DNA of 63,638 nt, filler included. It is 7 parts of 7 records of this genome, joined end to end, with 100 filler letters (N's around TTAATTAATTAA, not from the genome) between each part and the next. Parts side by side here need not be neighbours in the genome. Positions count along the whole stretch, not along the records: positions 30,425 to 44,011 come from DRR723986_18584; positions 44,112 to 50,576 come from DRR723986_18665; 5 more parts are not named here. One strand, given 5' to 3'. Numbering within the stretch: position 1 is the first letter of the stretch; every line of letters starts with the position of its first letter. A program made the translations under genes and the position numbers. Shown in pieces: positions 38,929 to 47,766 of this stretch. The notes below the pieces were generated by a model. The model did not search any database. It saw nothing but the letters and a program-made list of their open reading frames with translations, and was not told the DNA's origin.

Positions 38929-39834
38929 ATGCATATCGAATTTCGCCATCTCCGCACCATCAAGTCTATTCATGACTGTGGGGGACTTGCGCGGGCGGCT
39001 GACCAATTGAACATCACGCAATCTGCTTTGAGCCACCAAATTAAGGGGTTGGAGGATCAGGCTGGAATCGAACTTTTTGTACGACGGTCCAAGCCTATGA
39101 AATTGTCGGCGGCAGGCTTTCGATTGCTAAGGCTGGCCAATCAGATCCTACCGCAGATCGAAGCCATGCAAGAAGAATTCAGTGCTTTGCGCGATGGCAA
39201 AACAGGGCGCATGCATATCGCGATTGAGTGTCACGCCTGTTTTGAATGGCTGTTTCCTGTGCTGGAAGGGTTTCGTAAATCTTGGCCGGATGTTGATGTC
39301 GATATTAAGCCCGGTTTGGCATTTGATGCCTTGCCTGCGTTGCAGAAAGAAGAAGTCGATCTGGTGGTTTCTTCTGATCCAGAAGAACTACCGGGCGTCG
39401 AGTTCGTTGAATTGTTTGATTATAACGCGGTTTTTGTGGCGGCTGCGACGCATCCATTGGCAGCAAAGCCGTATATCGAGGCTGAGGATTTTAGGGGGCA
39501 AACCTTGATCACCTACCCAGTCGAGAGAACGCGTTTGGATGTATTTTCTCAACTTCTAATTCCGGCTAAGATTGAACCCGCGAGTATTCGGCAGGTAGAG
39601 CTGACAGCTGTAATCTTATTGTTGGTCGCATCAAACCGAGGGATCTCAGTTTTGCCGGATTGGGTGGTGCGTGAAGTGAAATACAGTTCTGATTATGTGA
39701 CTCGGCCTTTGACTGAGAACGGTATTACACGACGCTTGTATGCGGCGGTGCGGTCTGAAGATCTTGAGAAGCCGTTCGTTCAAGAACTGGTAAAACTGGC
39801 ACGGGTAGAGGCTCGAAAGCTCCAGTCGCAATAG
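38929..39834 (+). CDS. metR: LysR-family methionine regulator
   Basis: TQSALSHQIK HTH, IECHACFEWL, divergent from metF. Confidence 0.92.
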   Translation: MHIEFRHLRTIKSIHDCGGLARAADQLNITQSALSHQIKGLEDQAGIELFVRRSKPMKLSAAGFRLLRLANQILPQIEAMQEEFSALRDGKTGRMHIAIECHACFEWLFPVLEGFRKSWPDVDVDIKPGLAFDALPALQKEEVDLVVSSDPEELPGVEFVELFDYNAVFVAAATHPLAAKPYIEAEDFRGQTLITYPVERTRLDVFSQLLIPAKIEPASIRQVELTAVILLLVASNRGISVLPDWVVREVKYSSDYVTRPLTENGITRRLYAAVRSEDLEKPFVQELVKLARVEARKLQSQ

Positions 39835-39842
39835 TGCGGTGG

Positions 39843-39895
39843 CGCAGGGGGCAAGCCGGGGGGCAGCTTTGCTGCCCCCCGGCTTGCCCCCTGCG
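39843..39895. repeat. Perfect 25-bp GC-rich inverted repeat with 3-nt loop
   Basis: CGCAGGGGGCAAGCCGGGGGGCAGC-TTT-GCTGCCCCCCGGCTTGCCCCCTGCG between convergent genes. Confidence 0.9.
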
Positions 39896-39916
39896 TGGTT
39901 GCGCCTAGAATGAAGA

Positions 39917-40957
39917 TCAGATCACTTTTATGATCTGTTTGCCCGTATTGCCGCCTTGTAGCATCGACATGAAAGCGTGTGGGGCGTTTTCCAGCCCATC
40001 GGCGATGTCTTCGAGAAAACGGATTTCTCTGCTTGCCACCTTGGGTCCAATTTCGGATAGGAATTGTGGATACCTGTCAAAGTGGTTCGATATGATGAAC
40101 CCCTTTACTGACAGAAACTTGACTAGAATGGAGCGCCAAATCGCGGGGGCACTAAGTCCTTGAGACGTTGCTCCAGCGCCTAAACCGCCAGCATTGTACC
40201 AACTGATCATGCCGCAAATTGGGATACGGCCATTGGTGTTCATAAGCGGAATGACAGCCTCCAAGACCTTACCACCGACATTTTCGAAATAGATGTCGAT
40301 GCCATCGGGGCAGGCAGTGCTTAGATCTTGCTGTAAATCCGCCGCCGTTTCATATGCCCGATGATCAAGGCAGGCATCAAAGCCAAAGACGTCTGTTGCC
40401 AGCTTGCATTTGTCAGCACCCCCAGCAATTCCGACTGTGCGCAACCCTGCCAATTTGGCGACCTGCCCGACCATGGATCCAACCGGCCCTGTTGCCGCCG
40501 CCACTACAAGCGTTTCGCCCGCTTTCGGCTTGCCATACTCTGTCAGGCCATGCCAACCAGTAAAGCCAGGCATCCCCATAACACCCAAAGCCGCAGTGAT
40601 GGGGCCTTGGGTTGGGTCAAGTTTGCGCAACATATTCGCGGGTTGAACGCCATGCGTCGCCCATCCAAACATACCAAACGCAAAGTCACCGGGTTTGAAG
40701 GCGGGGCTGTTTGACGCGATGACTTCACCGACGCCACCGGCCTCCATGGTGCCACCAAGGGGGACAGGATCCGCATAAGATTTGGCGTCATCCATCCGAC
40801 CCCGCATATAAGGGTCGAGCGACATATAGTGGACGCGGACCAGAACCTCACCATCACCGGGAGCCGGGATTGGGGCAGATTCGTAGCTGAAATTTGCGGC
40901 TTCGGGGGCGCCCGATGGGCGACTGGCAAGCGCGACTCGGAACATCTGATCTGACAT
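39917..40957 (-). CDS. NADP-dependent oxidoreductase (CurA/PTGR family)
   Basis: LASRP, SLDPYMRGRM, GMPGFT, AATGPVG, YFENVGG. Confidence 0.9.
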   Translation of the reverse strand: MSDQMFRVALASRPSGAPEAANFSYESAPIPAPGDGEVLVRVHYMSLDPYMRGRMDDAKSYADPVPLGGTMEAGGVGEVIASNSPAFKPGDFAFGMFGWATHGVQPANMLRKLDPTQGPITAALGVMGMPGFTGWHGLTEYGKPKAGETLVVAAATGPVGSMVGQVAKLAGLRTVGIAGGADKCKLATDVFGFDACLDHRAYETAADLQQDLSTACPDGIDIYFENVGGKVLEAVIPLMNTNGRIPICGMISWYNAGGLGAGATSQGLSAPAIWRSILVKFLSVKGFIISNHFDRYPQFLSEIGPKVASREIRFLEDIADGLENAPHAFMSMLQGGNTGKQIIKVI

Positions 40958-41133
40958 GCAACTTCTCCTCTTCTTCAACGCTCACGGTATCGGTCTTATG
41001 AACCTTGGCAAGCTCTGCGCCTCTGTTACGCCGCGATAATCGAAAGTATGGGGGCAGCTATGCGAATCCAGCCCCTTGGCAAGTGGCCCCGCGACAAGTA
41101 TACGCGCGATCTGACCGAACAGGAGCCCATTCA

Positions 41134-41919
41134 ATGATTGGCAGTGCAAATCTCAACATCATGATCAAAGCCGCGCGCAAAGCGGGGCGGTCTTTGGTGA
41201 AGGACTTTCGCGAAGTTGAAAACCTTCAGGTGTCGATGAAAGGCGCCGGAGACTTCGTTTCCAAGGCGGATATCGCTGCCGAAAAGATTCTAAAAGACGA
41301 ATTGTTGGGCGCGCGACCAACCTATGGCTGGTTGGCTGAAGAGGGCGGTGAACTGCCGGGCGAAGACCCGACACGCCGTTGGATCGTGGATCCGTTGGAC
41401 GGAACCACCAACTTTTTGCACGGCTTGCCACATTGGGCTGTTTCCATTGCTTTGGAACACAAAGGTCAGATCGTTGCAGGCGTGATTTTTGATGCCGCCA
41501 AAGACGAAATGTATTTTGCTGAAAAAGGCGCCGGCGCATGGATGAACGAGACTCGTATCCGGGTTTCAGGCCGTCATCGCATGATCGAATCCATTTTCGC
41601 GACAGGTATTCCTTTTGCTGGGCGTTCTGACTTGCCGTTGACCTTGCAAGATCTGGCGCGCTTGATGCCCGCTTGTGCAGGTGTCCGTCGCTGGGGCTCT
41701 GCCGCGTTGGACATGGCCTATGTCGCCACAGGTCGCTACGAAGGGTTTTGGGAACGCCGCCTGAACTCTTGGGATATCGCCGCGGGTATCATTTTGGTGA
41801 AAGAAGCCGGCGGATTTGTACAATCCATTGACCCAGAAGGGCACATTCTGTCTGACGGCAATGTCATCTGCAGCAACGAGCCTATTTTCGACGCGTTTGC
41901 CAAGGTTGTTCGCGGCTAA
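41134..41919 (+). CDS. suhB: Inositol monophosphatase family protein
   Basis: WIVDPLDGTTNF, RRWGSAALD, WDIAAG; AGGAG before ATG 41134. Confidence 0.9.
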   Translation: MIGSANLNIMIKAARKAGRSLVKDFREVENLQVSMKGAGDFVSKADIAAEKILKDELLGARPTYGWLAEEGGELPGEDPTRRWIVDPLDGTTNFLHGLPHWAVSIALEHKGQIVAGVIFDAAKDEMYFAEKGAGAWMNETRIRVSGRHRMIESIFATGIPFAGRSDLPLTLQDLARLMPACAGVRRWGSAALDMAYVATGRYEGFWERRLNSWDIAAGIILVKEAGGFVQSIDPEGHILSDGNVICSNEPIFDAFAKVVRG

Positions 41920-41967
41920 AGTTTGACACCTGATCAAAAGCCTTCGGACAAAGAGGGCGATAGTTGG

Positions 41968-41993
41968 AAAGGGGCGTTTGGCGCCCCTTTTTT
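41968..41993 (+). terminator. Rho-independent terminator, possibly bidirectional
   Basis: AAAGGGGCG-TTTGG-CGCCCC-TTTTTT between convergent genes. Confidence 0.8.
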
Positions 41994-42360
41994 ACGTTCT
42001 GTCAGCCGGGTGGTTGATCCCGTCGTTCCAAGGTATGTCGCCGTGTGTGCGGGGATGAGCCCCTTCAATGCAGCCTAGATTCACGCCGCACTCTTTTGGG
42101 TCCGATCGGCGCTGGTGATGCGTGTAGATGCCACAGGTTTTGCAAAAATAGTGTTTGGCTGCGTGCGTGCCCCATGTGTAGAGGCTCAGGTTTTCGGCCC
42201 CTTTCAGAACCTTGAGGGAGGCCGCAATCGCCGTCACCGCAGCCGCCCCCCTACGCTTGCAGAACGAGCAATCACATCGTGCAGCAGAGGACAGGCCAGT
42301 GGGAAATTCAGCCGTCAGTTGGACAGCGCCACAATGGCATGAGGCGTTTAACTGCGTCAT
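41992..42360 (-). CDS. GFA family protein
   Basis: CHCG, CDCSFC, FCKTCG. Confidence 0.9.
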   Translation of the reverse strand: MTQLNASCHCGAVQLTAEFPTGLSSAARCDCSFCKRRGAAAVTAIAASLKVLKGAENLSLYTWGTHAAKHYFCKTCGIYTHHQRRSDPKECGVNLGCIEGAHPRTHGDIPWNDGINHPADRT

Positions 42361-43100
42361 TTCTTCATAACCTTTGGGATGCGAGAGGCAGAAAAACGAT
42401 ATTCTTTTTCAGGGTGAGGGGGGTGACCTTTGGTGTGGTTCCAAAATTTGACCCCACCACGTTTTAGCCAAAGCGGCACACAGAGAGCGAGCCCGATAGC
42501 AAAGCCGCCGGTATGGGCCCAATAGGCAACGCCGCCTTGATCGGGATCAGAACCAAGACTGCCAATGAATTGAAACCCCAGCCAAATCCCAAGCATTACA
42601 AAGGCGGGCACCGTGAATATCCGGAAGTAGATTATCAAAATCAGCAGCACATCTACCTTGGCTTTTGGATACAGTAATAGATACCCCCCCATCACACCGG
42701 CAATAGCCCCGGATGCGCCAACGGTTGGAACGCCCGAGTAAGGGGCTGAAATGACATGAATAAGGCCGGCTCCGATGCCAGAGACCACGTAGAAGATGAG
42801 AAACGGAATGTGCCCCATTTCATCTTCTAAGTTGTCGCCAAAGATCCAGAGAAACAGCATGTTCCCTGCCAAATGCATCCATCCGCCGTGCAAGAACATC
42901 GATGTCAACAGCGTATCATAGCGCGCGCCATCGGTAATGCGTGCCGGAAGGATCGCCCAATCGTGGAAAAACTGATTGATGCTTGCAGGGTCGCTCATCT
43001 TGCCGACGTACATCAGGAAGATGAGAATATTTGCTGCGAGCAGGAAATAGACAACATACGGTGGGCGCCCAGAGGGGTTATGATCGCGAATTGGAAACAT
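42357..43100 (-). CDS. Rhomboid intramembrane serine protease
   Basis: MFLHGGWMHLAGNM, GASGA, AYWAHTGG. Confidence 0.92.
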   Translation of the reverse strand: MFPIRDHNPSGRPPYVVYFLLAANILIFLMYVGKMSDPASINQFFHDWAILPARITDGARYDTLLTSMFLHGGWMHLAGNMLFLWIFGDNLEDEMGHIPFLIFYVVSGIGAGLIHVISAPYSGVPTVGASGAIAGVMGGYLLLYPKAKVDVLLILIIYFRIFTVPAFVMLGIWLGFQFIGSLGSDPDQGGVAYWAHTGGFAIGLALCVPLWLKRGGVKFWNHTKGHPPHPEKEYRFSASRIPKVMKK

Positions 43101-43311
43101 AGCGCGACGCTGTGCTGAAATTCGGACGGCGTCAAGGTTGGTTCCAATTCAGAAGCACATGAACCAACCGCTTGGGTACCAGCGGCGACAACTCTGCAGC
43201 CACTATTCCACCATTGGTGGGCGACTGAACAAGCAAACATACTGGAATGCCGCCACGCTGGATTTCGGAAACGTGAATTGACCTGGTGTCGCAATGCGCC
43301 AAACTAGGGGT

Positions 43312-43878
43312 ATGAAACATCTGCTGGTTACTCTTTGTCTGTTTGCAGTGTTGGCCCAAAGCGCATCTGCATCATCGTGCCCTGCGGCACCGGATCATTC
43401 CAACGGATTGGATCTGTTGATCCAAGATATTCAGAATGCGGAAACAGAAGGCGCCGCCAGAGACATTTCCGGGCAAATGTGGGGGCTATGGGCGGACGCC
43501 CCGAACGAGCAAGCGCAGACAATTCTGGATCAGGGCATGAGCAAGCGGTCGTCTTGGAACCTGACCGGCGCTCTGCAAGATTTTAACCGATTGGTCCAGT
43601 ACTGCCCAGACTATGCCGAAGGATACAATCAGCGGGCCTTTGTCCATTTTCTGCGGCACGATTTTGAATCAGCGCTAACGGATCTGGATCGTGCTATTGT
43701 ACTGTCTCCAAAGCACATTGCAGCGCTCAGTGGTCGAGCATTGTCTTTGATGGGGTTGGGGCGAACTCAAGAGGCGAGAGATGCTTTGATCGATGCGCTT
43801 GCGCTAAACCCGTGGTTGCCAGAACGCAGTTTGATTGACGCGGGTGGACGCTTGGCCCCTGCAGGCGAAGATATTTAA
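43312..43878 (+). CDS. Secreted TPR protein
   Basis: Signal peptide; PDYAEGYNQRA, P.HIAALSGRA repeats. Confidence 0.8.
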   Translation: MKHLLVTLCLFAVLAQSASASSCPAAPDHSNGLDLLIQDIQNAETEGAARDISGQMWGLWADAPNEQAQTILDQGMSKRSSWNLTGALQDFNRLVQYCPDYAEGYNQRAFVHFLRHDFESALTDLDRAIVLSPKHIAALSGRALSLMGLGRTQEARDALIDALALNPWLPERSLIDAGGRLAPAGEDI

Positions 43879-43981
43879 CCGGACAGATACATTACCTATC
43901 GGGCAAAAAATCTCGCAAAGCACAGTTCTACCGTTGAGCTCCTTCTGTTCCCGGTTTAGAGGGGTGGGATACCATCAGGTT

Positions 43982-44011
43982 GCGGGCGTGATGGAATGGT
44001 AGACATACCAG
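43982..44011 (+). tRNA. tRNA 5' fragment, probably tRNA-Leu
   Basis: GCGGGCG-TG-ATGGAATGGTAGACAT-ACCAG: Leu-type D arm (GGTAGAC); cut before the anticodon. Confidence 0.7.
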
Positions 44012-44111
44012 NNNNNNNNNNNNNNNNNNNNNNNNNNNNNNNNNNNNNNNNNNNNTTAATTAATTAANNNNNNNNNNNNNNNNNNNNNNNNNNNNNNNNN
44101 NNNNNNNNNNN
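44012..44111. other. Artificial contig linker
   Basis: N44-TTAATTAATTAA-N44. Confidence 0.99.
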
Positions 44112-44112
44112 G

Positions 44113-44586
44113 TCCCTGAACACCTTTCCGATGATCTCGGGATATTACACCGCGCTGGAACGCACATTGTTCCTCGGCCAGCCAGACGCCGAAAGCCTGC
44201 GCCTGTGGGAGGCCAACGTGGCCGCACACGAACTGGGCATCAGCCTGATCAAACAGGGTGCAACCTGCAGCGGCATCACCGAAGAGATCAACCGCTTTTT
44301 CGCGCAGGAAAACCTGCTGCAATACCGGTCCTTCGGCTATGGCCATTCCTTCGGCATTCTGAGCCATTACTATGGCCGCGAGGCGGGTCTTGAGCTGCGC
44401 GAGGATATCGACACTGTGCTTGAGCCGGGCATGGTTGTCTCGATGGAGCCGATGCTTTGGGTGCCCGAAGGGGCCGCCGGGGCAGGGGGCTACCGCGAGC
44501 ATGACATTCTGGTGATCAGCGAGGATGGCGTGGAGAACATCACCGGCTTCCCCTATGGGCCGGGTCACAACATCATCGACGGCTGA
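44113..44586 (+). CDS. Creatinase (M24 fold), C-terminal fragment
   Basis: SLNTFPMISGYYTALERTLF, FGYGHSFG.LSHYYGREAGLELREDIDT, GAGGYREHDIL. Confidence 0.88.
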   Translation, partial: SLNTFPMISGYYTALERTLFLGQPDAESLRLWEANVAAHELGISLIKQGATCSGITEEINRFFAQENLLQYRSFGYGHSFGILSHYYGREAGLELREDIDTVLEPGMVVSMEPMLWVPEGAAGAGGYREHDILVISEDGVENITGFPYGPGHNIIDG

Positions 44587-44628
44587 CAATAAGATGGAAC
44601 CTGGGGCGGGGGCATTGCGTTTGCCTGC

Positions 44629-45090
44629 ATGACTTTCAAACGCATCTTCGCCCCCGTTCTCGCCCTTACACTATCCCTACCCGCCTATGCCGATGTTGTT
44701 GGCAACGTCGATGTTGACTGGCTTGGCAATGATATTGTCGTAGAGGCGGTGCAGGATCCCAAGGTCAAAGGTGTCACCTGCCACCTGTCCTATTTTGAGC
44801 GTGGCTTGATCGACCGGCTGCAAAAGGGCAATTGGTTCGAAGATCCGTCGAATTCGTCAATTTCCTGTCGCCAGACCGGCCCGATCGAGATCGGCGATAT
44901 CGACCGTGATGACGAAGGCGAGAACGTCTTTAGTGAACGGCGCTCAATCATCTTCAAAACGCTGCGGGTCAAACGGATCTTTGATGCGAAGAACAATACC
45001 CTGATTTACATCAGTCACGCGCGGGATGTTCAAAACGGCTCTGCCAAGATGTCGATGTCCACGGTGCCGCTTTACCAGGCCTCACAATAG
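44629..45090 (+). CDS. creA: CreA-family periplasmic protein
   Basis: DPKVKGVTC, SISCRQTGPI, VF.ERRSIIFK; signal peptide. Confidence 0.85.
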   Translation: MTFKRIFAPVLALTLSLPAYADVVGNVDVDWLGNDIVVEAVQDPKVKGVTCHLSYFERGLIDRLQKGNWFEDPSNSSISCRQTGPIEIGDIDRDDEGENVFSERRSIIFKTLRVKRIFDAKNNTLIYISHARDVQNGSAKMSMSTVPLYQASQ

Positions 45091-45199
45091 AGCGGCCTCG
45101 CGCCAAGTTCCGCTGATCTTTGCTTGGCCCGCATGTGCCCGCTATGCGCGTGTCTCAACCTGCCCTATACTGGCGGAAAACAAGCAAGGCAGCAGGCAC

Positions 45200-46345
45200 A
45201 TGGATATTTCACGCAGAACAATGATCGCGGGACTGGGCGCATTCGGCCTTTCGGCCTGCTCCACCGGCGGGCGCAGCGTGGCGCCGGTGCAAACAGGCGG
45301 CTTGCCCGCTGATCTCCGGCCGCAGTTCAATACAGGGTACAACGCATGGGTCGCCGCCTTTCGTGGACGGGCGGAGGCGCAGGGCATCTCAACCTCAGTC
45401 CTGAACAATGCCTTTCGTGGCGCCGGATATTTGCCCGGCGTGGTCAAACGAGACCGCAACCAAACTGAGTTTACACGCACCTTGGAAGACTACCTTGCCA
45501 TTGCCGCCTCGGATGAACGCGTGTCCAAGGGCCGCGCCGCCTATGCCCGTCATCGCGGCACATTGGCAGCAATTGAAGATCGCTATGGCGTGGCGGCTGA
45601 AATCGTAGCGGCGGTCTGGGGGTTGGAAAGCTATTACGGCGAGCGGCGCGGCGATGTGCCGGTGATCTCTGCCACATCCACATTGGCCTTTGACGGGCGG
45701 CGCGGTGCGTTCTTTGAAAAACAACTGATTGCCGCGCTCAAGATCTTGCAGAACGGCGACATCAGCGCCGGGCGGATGACCGGATCCTGGGCAGGCGCGA
45801 TGGGCCATACCCAGTTTATCCCGACCTCCTATCAAGCTTTCGCTGTGGATTTTACCGGTGATGGACGGCGCGATATCTGGTCGGAAGATCCATCCGATGC
45901 GCTGGCCTCGACCGCGGCCTACCTCTCGCGCAACGGATGGACCCGTGGGCGCAAATGGGGCGGAGAGCTTGGCAGCCTGCCAGCCAGCGCAGGATCGGTG
46001 ATACAGCCGCAACCGGGCGGGCCGAAATTTGTCGTAACTTCAAATTTCCGCGCCATCAAACGCTACAACAATTCCGACAGCTATGCGATTGGCGTGGGGC
46101 ATCTGGCGGACAGGATCGCCGGGGGCGGGCCGATCAAAGGCAGCTTTCCACCGGACAAGTATGGGTTGACCAAGGCAGACCGCCAGCGCCTGCAAGAACG
46201 GCTGACAGCGCGTGGTTTTGACACAGATGGCGCGGATGGGGTGATTGGACCCAACAGCCGCAAGGCGATTGCGGCCTATCAATCCAGCATTGGCCAAACA
46301 CCGACGGGTGACCCCTCAGCAGAGCTGCTCCGTTCACTTGGCTGA
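45200..46345 (+). CDS. Lytic murein transglycosylase (MltB/SLT_2) with peptidoglycan-binding domain, probable Tat lipoprotein
   Basis: SRR + LSAC; WGLES, GSWAGAMGHTQFIP, YNNS, DGVIGPNSR. Confidence 0.9.
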   Translation: MDISRRTMIAGLGAFGLSACSTGGRSVAPVQTGGLPADLRPQFNTGYNAWVAAFRGRAEAQGISTSVLNNAFRGAGYLPGVVKRDRNQTEFTRTLEDYLAIAASDERVSKGRAAYARHRGTLAAIEDRYGVAAEIVAAVWGLESYYGERRGDVPVISATSTLAFDGRRGAFFEKQLIAALKILQNGDISAGRMTGSWAGAMGHTQFIPTSYQAFAVDFTGDGRRDIWSEDPSDALASTAAYLSRNGWTRGRKWGGELGSLPASAGSVIQPQPGGPKFVVTSNFRAIKRYNNSDSYAIGVGHLADRIAGGGPIKGSFPPDKYGLTKADRQRLQERLTARGFDTDGADGVIGPNSRKAIAAYQSSIGQTPTGDPSAELLRSLG

Positions 46346-46697
46346 GGGTCGTGGCAAACCCGTTAACACTTCTAATAATTTCCCCCTCGGCAGGCGGAAG
46401 TCTCGGCAGGTTTAAGCCGGATTAAAGGTTTGACGGTGAGCTATGTCCGAATTTTTCGGCGCTTGGTTGAATTTTTCCACACCGGCCTTTGGTCTCGTGG
46501 AAGTGGTGGACGTCGTCCACTATTTCTTTGGAGAATGCACCCTTTATGGTAGTATGCCAACACCCAAAGTCATGGGATAGAAGTTTGATGCAGAAGCACA
46601 CCTCAGGCACTTTCCCCAAAGTTCAGTCGGCGTAGCGGCCACAATTTGGACAATACGGACAGCCAAAGGGAAGGCGAGAAGCCAAAGGATACTAGCC

Positions 46698-47636
46698 ATG
46701 AAGATCTTAGTCGTCGATGACGATATTTTAATTCTCGAAATACTAGAACTTTTTCTTTCTTCCATTGACTACGAAAATGTCCAATTCGCCAAATCCGGCG
46801 AAGAGGCTTTGCGATTGATTGAGGGGGCAAGCACACCGTTTGAGTGTATTCTCCTTGATATCAACATGCCGGTGCAAACCGGGATCGAACTGATCCCGAT
46901 GATCCGGCAATACAGCGGGTACGAATTTGTTCCGATTATCATGCTCACCGCGCAGCACGACAAAAAGAACATCGCAGAGGCATTTGTGGCCGGCGCCTGG
47001 GATTACGTGACCAAGCCGTTCGAGTTCTTTGAGCTTGAGACCCGCCTCTATGGGGTTGAAACCCGCATGGTCGAACTGGCCCGCCGTTCGCAGGATGTGG
47101 CGGCGGATGCCAGCAACGGTGACGTGACATTGAAACGGTTCTGCGCGTTGCATCGCCCGGTGACATCGGCGCTGATCACCGAAAGCGGTCTGGTTGGTCC
47201 GGGGGCGTTTGAGAACTGTTTTGCCCGGATCAGCAACACGCTGCACGGCAATGTCAGCCTGATGGCGCTGCGGCTGAACAACCTGACAGAGGTGACCCAA
47301 TCTCTGCAGGAACCGCAGACACACCAATATTTGGTGAAACTTGCCTCGGTCATTGCCTCACATGCAGGTCCGTGGCAGGGGATCGTAACCTATCTGGGCA
47401 AGGGGGCCTTTCTGATCTTGTCCTTTGACCCAAAGCGCAGGCCGGCAATGACGCTGAAGAATGCAATCGCGACAGCAGTTCATGAAGTAGATACCCAGCT
47501 TCTCGGCGCAAAAGGGCTGAGCACCGAGTACAGCAGTTGGCAGATCCACGGAAATGAAGTGCCCGAAGGCGTTGAGCCTTCGTATCTTCTGTATGCGGTC
47601 AAAAATCATCTGGATCAAAGTGCCAGACTGCAGTAA
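46698..47636 (+). CDS. Response regulator, REC plus degenerate GGDEF-like domain
   Basis: ILVVDDD, LLDINMP, IMLTA, DYVTKPF; C-terminal IVTYLGKGAF where RxGGDEF is expected. Confidence 0.8.
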   Translation: MKILVVDDDILILEILELFLSSIDYENVQFAKSGEEALRLIEGASTPFECILLDINMPVQTGIELIPMIRQYSGYEFVPIIMLTAQHDKKNIAEAFVAGAWDYVTKPFEFFELETRLYGVETRMVELARRSQDVAADASNGDVTLKRFCALHRPVTSALITESGLVGPGAFENCFARISNTLHGNVSLMALRLNNLTEVTQSLQEPQTHQYLVKLASVIASHAGPWQGIVTYLGKGAFLILSFDPKRRPAMTLKNAIATAVHEVDTQLLGAKGLSTEYSSWQIHGNEVPEGVEPSYLLYAVKNHLDQSARLQ

Positions 47637-47766
47637 CAGTCTTTGCAACCATACGTGGCGGTGCATCTCCTTAAAGATGTGTTACGGTGTCGACTTCAAG
47701 TTGACACCGAAGCCATGTTTGGTTTTGCTGAAATGAAGATTAACAATTAACGAGACTGACCCTGCA

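Noticed and set aside
44113-45090. Functional link between creatinase and CreA
   Set aside because: Name coincidence: the CreA family is named from the E. coli cre operon and is unrelated to creatine
46392-47751. CtrA boxes upstream of the regulator and kinase
   Set aside because: TTAA pairs are spaced N6 and N3, not the required N7
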